Shown here in pieces: positions 1 through 6,146 of a stretch of 13,240 bases of DNA. The notes beneath the pieces were generated by a model. It was not told the origin of the DNA. It saw only the letters and a list, made by a program, of their open reading frames with translations, and did not search any database. How positions within the stretch are numbered: position 1 is the first letter of the stretch; each line of letters opens with the position of its first letter. The stretch lies in IMG/VR virus record IMGVR_UViG_3300045988_131623; one strand, given 5' to 3'. Made by a program: the position numbers and the translations under genes. This stretch comes from a virus.

Positions 1-251
1 GTGTGTGACGGACACTTTTCCCCAATTTGTCCGCGAGTGACGGACACAGCTCGAACATTCTGTCCGCGACAGACAAACACAAACCGCCCAGTCTGTCCGC
101 GGCGAACGCACACTAAACCAAACATATGTTCGAAATGGCTCCGCTCCCTCCGGTCGCTCCGCCCATGAGTTAGTAGCATTTAACTCTGACGGGAACAAAG
201 TTAGTTCCAACTAACTCACTCGCGAAAAAAGAGGGCAACCGAAGTCACCCT
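1..251. repeat. Left inverted terminal repeat (ITR) of a linear protein-primed genome
   Basis: Positions 1-251 are the exact reverse complement of 12991-13240, verified base by base, except A6 (225-230) versus A5. The ITR begins 5'-GTGTGTG. It contains gtgacggacac at 5-15 and 37-47, and TGTCCGCG(A/G) at 28, 61 and 94. Confidence 0.95.
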
Positions 252-253
252 CT
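225..253 (-). terminator. Intrinsic terminator for the leftward (early) transcript, embedded in the inner edge of the left ITR
   Basis: The minus strand reads 5'-AGAGGGUGAC-UUCG-GUUGCCCUCU-UUUUUU. That is a roughly 10-bp stem with two G-U wobbles, a UUCG tetraloop and a U6 tract, about 140 nt downstream of the DNA polymerase stop. Confidence 0.6.
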
Positions 254-389
254 CACAGAAAATCACTTTTCAATTTCTTTTCTAAGTTCTATATCATAAC
301 TAAGAAGTTCCGCACAAACACTCACAAACAGTCTGTCCAACTCTTCATTAGTTTTTACATATGTCATAGCGTCAAGAGTTCCCTTTAAG

Positions 390-2486
390 TTATCCCTGAT
401 TTTCAATAATTTTCTGTTCATCCCACTTTAACCTTTCCTGTGTTATAAATCTGTCCCAATTTCCAACAGATGCCAAAAGATACATGTACTCCAACGAAAG
501 ACCTATTTCATACGTTGATTCTCGTAGCACAACATTTGAACGAATTTCAATTCGATGTTCTGATGAATCATCTGTATAGTAAGTTCCATAGTCACTGTCA
601 TTGTACACTGATTCCAACTTACCCGAATTACGGAATACGAAACCAACATTGAAGTTTTCGATTGTTCCCATTTCTCTCGCTCCTGCTTTCTTGGGTACTC
701 CTGCGATTGTAATTTTAAATGTCCCGTCTTGTCTAGTGTATGCATACTTTTTCGCTCCTAATGTTTTAAATTGTTTATATGTTTCTTCATATTCATATAC
801 ACCTAAGTAGTGTGTAATGCCTTTTTTGTCATCGGCATATCCTTTATTCGATATGCTGAGTTCTTTCAGACCCTGATTGTATTCCTCTATCCTTGCCACA
901 ATTCTTTTATAATCATCACGAACAAGGAACTTGACAGAATCAGTGTCACAATATACAAAATTATCTCCAACAATGTTTATCATTTCTTTCAATTTTAATC
1001 TAGCCCATGCAGTCACCCAACAGCCCCACGCATATAACAGGAATGCTTTCTTGTTGTATTTTTCCAACTTTTCACCGATATCAACTATATCTTCTAGTGT
1101 AAAAGCTTGGTCTGGTTCATCCATATAGATAACATCTGGTTTCACTGGATTCTGAGCGCACATACCATATAATGAGTTGATAAGTTCCTTACTTCTCATG
1201 TAGTTTAATTCCTGACCATCAACATTCTTGAGTGATGTTTTTTTATGAAACAAGTCAATGACTAAATCACGAAATGCTTGCGGTAAATATCCATATTTCG
1301 CAATATATACCTGACTAATTTCAACCTCTCCAACATACTCACTCTTAACTATTTTCCAGTCTATATCGTTGAATACATATACAGCCTTGTTAGCACTCAA
1401 TATTCTACCATTATCAACAACCTGACCTGATATCTTAACAGCCTTATCGAGACTCAAGTAAGGTGCGCCATAGTAAATATCTCTCTGTTGTAAGTTGGTT
1501 ATTGTAAATACAGCTATAAAACAACAGTCTCTTATCTGGCACTTCTTTTCTAGTTCACCAATATCTGTTATCATTCTAGGAGTAAAAGCACTCATAGGAA
1601 AACGATAGTTTAACATAACATCTGGATAACTGCTCGCCCTGTCATAACTAGCCACATTCTCAAGAATCTTATTGACATGATATCTGTTTGCGTGTGTGTC
1701 ACCACCGCGGAACTCAAGTCTCAACAGCTTATACACATCAACATCACACATCATAGCTTGTAGTTGGTTATGATTAAATTTTCGCATTGCTTCTTTGGCG
1801 AGTCTTCTAACATAACCCGTGGAAGTTAATGGTAAAGAATACAAAGTGTCATTTTCCATTCTCATTCGCACTTGCATAGATTCCAACAGACCAACAACGT
1901 CATTACAACAGTACTGCAATTCTTCTGTTGTCATTTCAGTCCACGGGTAACGCTTCTTTGAATAGTCAAATTCAACACCACTAAGCTTTTGGTGAACAAC
2001 ACCCATATCCCTAGTGAAAGCGTCCAGACTCTTGTTGGTCTGTATATAAGAACATCGAAACTGTACTCCGTCAATATCGGCTCTGACAACCTTTCTAGAC
2101 TTTAGGGCAAATATTTTGTCTTTTTGGAAAGGTAACCAGTGACGCATGAATTGGAATTCATAACTGAGGTTATGTACCCAAACCAAAACCGTAATCCCCT
2201 CATGGTAAAAACTGTCAAGTAACTTAGTGAATTGTTCCCATGTTCTACCAAAACAGTACCATATATTCCCGTTTCTTAAATCCATGACAGCAAATTGCCA
2301 TATATACATAATACTCTGTTCAACATCGTCAAGATAAGTTGTTTCAATATCGAAAGCACACATGCAGTTGCGGAATAATGTCTTATCTGATTTCTTTCTT
2401 TTACTGTAGTTTCTTGCAATTGGTATACTTTTGATAATGTCAGAAACGCACTCTCTTTGGACTTCTTTTACGGAATTCTGATTCAT
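390..2486 (-). CDS. Protein-primed family B DNA polymerase (phi29 gp2-like)
   Basis: Exo I FDIETT, Exo II HNLSYEFQF, Exo III YCCNDV, pre-motif A ASSYP, motif B KELINSLYG, motif C YCDTDS and KxY GAKKYAY are all present in phi29 order. The start is ambiguous: TTG 2537, ATG 2525, ATG 2486 (GGAGAG 13 nt upstream, chosen here) or ATG 2363 just before DIETT. All but 2363 overlap the upstream ORF in another frame. Confidence 0.9.
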   Translation of the reverse strand: MNQNSVKEVQRECVSDIIKSIPIARNYSKRKKSDKTLFRNCMCAFDIETTYLDDVEQSIMYIWQFAVMDLRNGNIWYCFGRTWEQFTKLLDSFYHEGITVLVWVHNLSYEFQFMRHWLPFQKDKIFALKSRKVVRADIDGVQFRCSYIQTNKSLDAFTRDMGVVHQKLSGVEFDYSKKRYPWTEMTTEELQYCCNDVVGLLESMQVRMRMENDTLYSLPLTSTGYVRRLAKEAMRKFNHNQLQAMMCDVDVYKLLRLEFRGGDTHANRYHVNKILENVASYDRASSYPDVMLNYRFPMSAFTPRMITDIGELEKKCQIRDCCFIAVFTITNLQQRDIYYGAPYLSLDKAVKISGQVVDNGRILSANKAVYVFNDIDWKIVKSEYVGEVEISQVYIAKYGYLPQAFRDLVIDLFHKKTSLKNVDGQELNYMRSKELINSLYGMCAQNPVKPDVIYMDEPDQAFTLEDIVDIGEKLEKYNKKAFLLYAWGCWVTAWARLKLKEMINIVGDNFVYCDTDSVKFLVRDDYKRIVARIEEYNQGLKELSISNKGYADDKKGITHYLGVYEYEETYKQFKTLGAKKYAYTRQDGTFKITIAGVPKKAGAREMGTIENFNVGFVFRNSGKLESVYNDSDYGTYYTDDSSEHRIEIRSNVVLRESTYEIGLSLEYMYLLASVGNWDRFITQERLKWDEQKIIENQG

Positions 2487-2946
2487 ATTCGCGATATCTC
2501 TCCAATATTTTTTGTGATGGTTCATTAGTGTGTTCAAGGTATATATCGGCGGCTTTATCGCTGTCGTATATGATATCTTCGGAATGTGTTCTTACAAGAT
2601 TCATAAAATCATAGAACTTTGATGCTTGTCTCCAATTCTTGAACTGATTAGTCCCAAACGTAATATTTAGTCTTTCAACTGCCGCCTTACGCTGTCGTTT
2701 TCTCTCAGCTATCACAAATGTCTTGTTCTTCAATGCCGCTTCTACTTCACGAATTGCCATTTCCAAGTTACGTTTAGACTTAATCTTTGAAACAACTGGA
2801 ATTCTAGGTTCAATATAAGCCCTCGCCGCTTCTACGTCTTTCGCGTAAGCACTTTTAGAAACTTTTGCTATTTGACCTGTAAGTTTCTTTCTCAACTCTC
2901 TGTATTTGACTTCTAGTTGTATTCTACTTGCAGATTTCTTTGCCAT
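2440..2946 (-). CDS. Short basic protein immediately upstream of the polymerase; putative terminal protein (TP)
   Basis: The ATG at 2946 is preceded by AAAGGAG. The protein is K/R-rich, about 168 aa. The segment NQFKNWRQASKF resembles the phi29 TP segment QFNKWKEQASSF as recalled. Its position directly 5' of the polymerase is canonical for a TP. It is shorter than known TPs, hence moderate confidence. Confidence 0.5.
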   Translation of the reverse strand: MAKKSASRIQLEVKYRELRKKLTGQIAKVSKSAYAKDVEAARAYIEPRIPVVSKIKSKRNLEMAIREVEAALKNKTFVIAERKRQRKAAVERLNITFGTNQFKNWRQASKFYDFMNLVRTHSEDIIYDSDKAADIYLEHTNEPSQKILERYREYESEFRKRSPKRVRF

Positions 2947-3097
2947 ATTTTCCACACTCCTTTCCTATTAAAGAGAGTATCACATTCTCTCTCAATACTA
3001 TCATTAATGCATTACTTCTTGAAGTACCCAGTTTAAAAGCAAGTTCATCAAGGTTTTTCAAGATATCCTCTTGAAAATTAACACTCACTGTTTTCAT
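2924..3097 (-). CDS. Ribbon-helix-helix (CopG/Arc/MetJ-type) transcriptional regulator, 57 aa
   Basis: This ORF is not in the supplied track. ATG 3097 is preceded by AAAGGAGAAAACT. The protein is MKTVSVNFQEDILKNLDELAFKLGTSRSNALMIVLRENVILSLIGKECGKYGKEICK, with a beta-strand followed by the G-T-S-R-S turn and helix typical of RHH. Its 3' end overlaps the TP-like start by about 20 nt in another frame. Confidence 0.6.
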   Translation of the reverse strand: MKTVSVNFQEDILKNLDELAFKLGTSRSNALMIVLRENVILSLIGKECGKYGKEICK

Positions 3098-3119
3098 AGT
3101 TTTCTCCTTTCATTCTTGA

Positions 3120-3139
3120 AATGTTTCACGTGAAACATT
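3120..3139. promoter_or_regulatory. 20-bp perfect palindrome AATGTTTCACGTGAAACATT, copy 1; candidate operator
   Basis: The palindrome is perfect. It lies 23 nt upstream of the RHH start codon and downstream of a TGG-TATAAT element on the minus strand. An identical copy is at 7871-7890. Confidence 0.5.
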
Positions 3140-3212
3140 AGTCATCGTGAAGTCCGTCTATGACGAACCCTACAATTATACCAACACATAACCCTAACAA
3201 GAATAGGCTCAT
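3138..3212 (-). CDS. 24-aa hydrophobic micro-ORF (MSLFLLGLCVGIIVGFVIDGLHDD)
   Basis: ATG 3212 overlaps the TGA of the upstream 86-aa gene (ATGA coupling). GAGGTGA lies 6 nt upstream. The product has a single TM-like segment. It is too short to be confident. Confidence 0.25.
   Translation of the reverse strand: MSLFLLGLCVGIIVGFVIDGLHDD
3175..3183 (-). promoter_or_regulatory. Extended -10 element (TGG-TATAAT) upstream of the RHH gene, minus strand
   Basis: The minus strand reads GTTGGTATAATTG. The candidate -35 (TTCTTG at 17-nt spacing) is weak. The palindromic operator sits at about +30 to +48. Confidence 0.3.
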
Positions 3213-3469
3213 TCTCTCACCTCAATAGTTATCTTTTCAATGTTGTCTCCCATAATGGCAGTTACTACCGAACAACCCGCATATAAGAATACCCAGTACT
3301 GGCTGTCATCCACGCAAGGTTTTTTAACTTCGAATCTAACTTTTTCTGTCAGACCTAAGCTAAAGTTGTTAGTCAGCATAACGTTATTGATATAGACAAA
3401 CATTTTACTTCCTTTTTCAATTTCATCGGCTAACCTTTCCAGTGTCTCAACTATTTCTTTCTTAGTCAT
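3209..3469 (-). CDS. Early protein of unknown function, 86 aa, mildly acidic
   Basis: It is the first gene of the leftward operon. The internal ATG at 3469 is preferred because AAAGGAG lies 8 nt upstream; the track start at 3487 would place that SD inside the coding sequence. No recognisable motif. Confidence 0.6.
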   Translation of the reverse strand: MTKKEIVETLERLADEIEKGSKMFVYINNVMLTNNFSLGLTEKVRFEVKKPCVDDSQYWVFLYAGCSVVTAIMGDNIEKITIEVRE

Positions 3470-3515
3470 TGTTAAAACTCCTTTCATATAAGTAGTTATC
3501 TATTGGAACACTTAT

Positions 3516-3544
3516 ACAATACCACATATATTGTTGAATGTCAA
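3516..3544 (-). promoter_or_regulatory. Leftward early promoter (sigma-A type)
   Basis: The minus strand reads TTGACA (3544-3539), a 17-nt spacer, then TGG-TATTGT (-10 at 3521-3516). This gives a transcription start near 3508 and a leader of about 40 nt before the 86-aa gene. Confidence 0.5.
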
Positions 3545-3673
3545 TAATCAAAATGAAAAAATTATTGAAAACATGAAAATATTATGTTACTATAATAATG
3601 TCCTTGAGAGAAATACTTTCACAGGGCAGAAGTCCAAAAACAATTATAATATAAGAAAGGAGATTCCGGTACA

Positions 3674-3982
3674 ATGGTAAGAACAATTACAACTACAGTT
3701 ATGATACTGAGCATTAAAGAAAAAGACAGTGATGACATTAAGCTTGTAACAAAGGAATTCATCGGAACGGGTTGGACGCAGGTAAAAATGTATAATAATA
3801 TGAAAAAAGATGTTGAACTCGTCCCCGCAGGAGCAACTGTTGAAAATATCACTACAGAAACAAAGTTCAACACTTACAAGCTTTCTGACGAGGGTTTTGT
3901 AAGAGCCGCTATTGCAGAGATGGACAGCACAGTGGATGAACCAGAGATTCCAGACGACATGAAACCAGTCGTAACAGAGTAA
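3674..3982 (+). CDS. Small protein with acidic C-terminal tail; possible p6-like dsDNA-binding protein
   Basis: AAAGGAGA lies upstream. The protein is 102 aa. It shares length, a hydrophobic/T-rich N-terminus and an acidic C-terminus (DSTVDEPEIPDD) with phi29 p6 as recalled. The pattern similarity is weak to moderate. Confidence 0.5.
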   Translation: MVRTITTTVMILSIKEKDSDDIKLVTKEFIGTGWTQVKMYNNMKKDVELVPAGATVENITTETKFNTYKLSDEGFVRAAIAEMDSTVDEPEIPDDMKPVVTE

Positions 3983-4052
3983 CAGTAAAAACCTTTTATA
4001 TCTTGTATTGCCATACTTTTCGAATCACTTACAACTGAATATAGAACTATAG

Positions 4053-4063
4053 CGTGAAACATT
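4053..4063. promoter_or_regulatory. Half-site of the palindrome (CGTGAAACATT) abutting the RBS of the SSB-like gene
   Basis: It matches the right arm of the 20-bp palindrome exactly over 11 nt and lies immediately 5' of AAAGGAG at 4064-4070. Confidence 0.25.
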
Positions 4064-4074
4064 AAAGGAGAACA

Positions 4075-4437
4075 ATGAATATGAATATTATTAAAACAAA
4101 TATCAAAGACAATGAGTGGGACATGAATCTGAGTTATGACATGTTTGAGTCCCCGGACAGATTACGTGGTGCTGATTTGAAAGGAAAACAGGTTCACATT
4201 GACAAATTCTGTTTATATGAAGAAGAAAACGCAGATGGTGAACTGGTAAAAGTTCTTACCGTATCTACCAACGAAGGTCATGTTTTCGCAACAACTTCAG
4301 CGGCATTTGTTCGCACATTCGACAGAATTATGGAACTCGCAAAACGTTGCAACGTTGTAGATGTGTGTATCGAAATCGTTACAGAACGTAGCAAGAACAA
4401 CCGGGAGTACATCACCGCAAAATATGTCAAAGAATAA
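4075..4437 (+). CDS. Putative single-stranded DNA-binding protein (phi29 p5-like)
   Basis: The protein is 120 aa. The segment LTVSTNEGHVFATTSAAF closely resembles the phi29 p5 segment TTIFAADGSLYSAISKTV as recalled. Size and context fit. Confidence 0.5.
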   Translation: MNMNIIKTNIKDNEWDMNLSYDMFESPDRLRGADLKGKQVHIDKFCLYEEENADGELVKVLTVSTNEGHVFATTSAAFVRTFDRIMELAKRCNVVDVCIEIVTERSKNNREYITAKYVKE

Positions 4438-5488
4438 ATCCAAGAGCCTGTACACGATGCACGGTTATCTGGACGTTGAGGGGATAGTCAAAAAAGGCTA
4501 TCCCTTTAACTTTATATGGGGTGGACGTGGCACGGGTAAGACATATGGTGGTCTGAAATATGTCGTGGAGCACAACAAGACTTTCATGTATTCTAGAACA
4601 AAACAAACTCAACTCGACAAGATTAAGAACGTTGAGTTGTCCCCATTCAAACCGTTAAATGCAGATAATGATTGGAATATACAGCCATTCCCTGTAGATG
4701 ATATTGCAGGATTCTACCACACAGAACTTAATGAGAAAGACCGACTTGTGCCAGTTGGTTCACCTGTTGGTTATGCGTCAGCTATCACCACACTAGCGAA
4801 TTTACGTGGATTTTCCGCTGAGGATGTGTCTGTGTGGATATGGGACGAGTTCATTCCGCAGAAAGGTGACCGTGTTCCGAAAGGAATTGCAACGTCTTTT
4901 CTTCACGGCTATGAAACTATGAATCGAAATAGGGAGTTGAAAGGACTGCCGCCGCTACAGGTGTTGTGCTTTTCGAACTCAGATAATGTAGGCTGTGAGT
5001 TGTTCGCCAGTCTAGGACTTATCCGCAAAGTCGCGGATATGTCACGGAAAAGACAGGAAACAGCTTTCCTCAAGTCAAGGGGCATCGCTCTGTATAACTT
5101 ATGTAATAGTCCTATCTCACAGGCGAAAAAAGAAACAGCACTCTATAAGATGGTAGGCGAACACAGCGGCTTTTCTCAAATGGCTTTAGGAAACGAATTC
5201 TATAATACTGACTATTCGGATGTAAGATCGCAAAACCTATCGGAATATCTTCCGCTAGTATTTTTCGAAGAAATCGCAATCTATGAACACAAGTCCTCAG
5301 ATATGCTCTACGTGTGTAAACATAAACAGGGTACACCAATTCGAGCATTTACCGGAATTAACGAGAAGAACATCAAAGCTTTTAAAAGGTACTATTCATG
5401 GATATGGAATGTAAATTATCTCGAAGACAAAATCTTTTTCGAGGACATAGAATCTAAATTTCTACTTGACAGCTATTTTCATATGTAG
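4423..5488 (+). CDS. DNA encapsidation (packaging) ATPase, phi29 gp16-like FtsK/HerA-type
   Basis: Walker A is FIWGGRGTGKT (phi29 gp16: VIGARGIGKS). Walker B is VWIWDEF (phi29: IVFDEF). RNRE and CFSNS match the phi29 RNRE and CLSNA. The N-terminal KSLYT matches phi29 KSLFY and supports the ATG at 4423. Confidence 0.9.
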
Positions 5489-5497
5489 TACAATGTT

Positions 5498-5592
5498 CGT
5501 ATAGGGAAAACAAAAGTCCGTGGCACAAGGACATACAGCGGAACTGTAGTGCGAGGATTCGTCCAATCCATGATACGGACTTTCCCTATATT
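5498..5592 (+). ncRNA. Candidate structured RNA element in the 128-nt gap after the ATPase gene
   Basis: The 5' segment 5499-5522 pairs with the 3' segment 5574-5591: TATAGGGAAA/TTTCCCTATA (10 bp), a 6-nt bulge, then GTCCGT/ACGGAC. That is about 16 bp enclosing roughly 50 nt that contains further short helices (GGAC..GTCC, GGATT..AATCC). There is no ORF and no obvious promoter or terminator. Confidence 0.2.
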
Positions 5593-5625
5593 TCACAGTT
5601 CCAAAAAAGAAAGTGGGTGAATAAA

Positions 5626-5823
5626 ATGGACATTAATTCATTAAGTACAATTTTTGCAAATTTGGGTGTGCCTGTGGCATGTCTCACTGTGACATTCTAT
5701 CTGTGGTATCAGGAGATGCAGTCGCACAAAGAAGAAGTGAGTAAGTTGCAGGATGCGCTCAACAACAACACGCTTGTCTTACAGAAAATTCTTGACAGAC
5801 TGGGAGAGGGTGATTCGCATTGA
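5626..5823 (+). CDS. Small single-pass membrane protein; putative holin
   Basis: The protein is 66 aa from ATG 5626, with a GGGTG RBS. The N-terminal hydrophobic helix STIFANLGVPVACLTVTFYLWY is followed by a charged, coiled-coil-like tail. Its stop overlaps the next start. Confidence 0.45.
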   Translation: MDINSLSTIFANLGVPVACLTVTFYLWYQEMQSHKEEVSKLQDALNNNTLVLQKILDRLGEGDSH

Positions 5824-6146
5824 ACATATCAGCAGAAATCATTGCAAAAACATCTGAAAGCGTAAAGGGATATATGCTTCATCCGCACACGGATGTATAC
5901 GGCGAATTAAAAGTTGATACCAAAAACCTTGACTTGATGTTACGCGATGCGCCGACTTATGACAGCAATGTGATCGCTTCTATGCCGAAAGGCAGTATAT
6001 TTTTTGGATATGGATTTACTGATTCCACCCTTAAATGGGTACTCGGACAGTATACCATGCCGAACGGAAAAATGATTGCAGGATTCGCCCACATTGACTA
6101 TTTAATCAGAATTAGAAAGGAGAATAAAAGACATGACAATGGATGA
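5820..6146 (+). CDS. Stand-alone bacterial SH3 (SH3b) domain protein; putative cell-wall-binding module
   Basis: The segment LKVDTKNLDLMLRDAPTYDSNVIASMPKGSIFFGYG...KWVLGQYTMPNGKMIAGFAHIDYL matches the SH3_3/SH3_5 pattern (LNVRsgPs..s.vig.l.kG..v....ngW.kv...G..Gyvh..Yl). A TTG start at 5820 is coupled to the upstream stop. An alternative ATG at 5874 is preceded by AAAGGGA. Confidence 0.6.
   Translation: MNISAEIIAKTSESVKGYMLHPHTDVYGELKVDTKNLDLMLRDAPTYDSNVIASMPKGSIFFGYGFTDSTLKWVLGQYTMPNGKMIAGFAHIDYLIRIRKENKRHDNG

Noticed and set aside
470-1128. Track ORFs of 60-80 aa on the plus strand and at 503-745 on the minus strand, inside the polymerase gene
   Set aside because: They are antisense or out-of-frame within a gene with unmistakable polymerase motifs. 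They have no RBS and low-complexity translations, so they are spurious.
2363-2363. Calling the polymerase start at ATG 2363 directly before DIETT, by analogy with phi29
   Set aside because: It has no Shine-Dalgarno sequence and would leave 77 nt unexplained. It is not excluded, and it is listed as an alternative in the feature evidence and in a finding.
3120-3139. Interpreting the 20-bp palindrome purely as an intrinsic terminator hairpin
   Set aside because: Copy 1 has no U-tract on either strand. An identical 20-mer recurring at two promoter-proximal positions, plus partial and half copies, is better explained as a protein-binding site. A weak terminator role for copy 2 is kept as a caveat.
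3619-4062. Minus-strand ORFs 3619-3873 and 3874-4062 opposite the p6-like gene
   Set aside because: They are antisense to a gene with a strong RBS. The hydrophobic low-complexity translation is typical of AT-rich antisense.
4427-5348. Minus-strand ORFs 4427-4612 and 5112-5348 inside the ATPase gene
   Set aside because: They are antisense to the Walker A/B-containing ATPase and are spurious.
5515-5581. tRNA-like element: a 7-bp acceptor-like stem (AGTCCGT/ACGGACT) and a GGATT..AATCC stem with TTCG in the loop
   Set aside because: The T-arm-like hairpin is separated from the 3' acceptor strand by 5 unpaired nt. The distance between acceptor strands is too short and no D-arm or anticodon arm can be drawn, so it is not a tRNA. 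It is retained only as part of the candidate structured-RNA finding.
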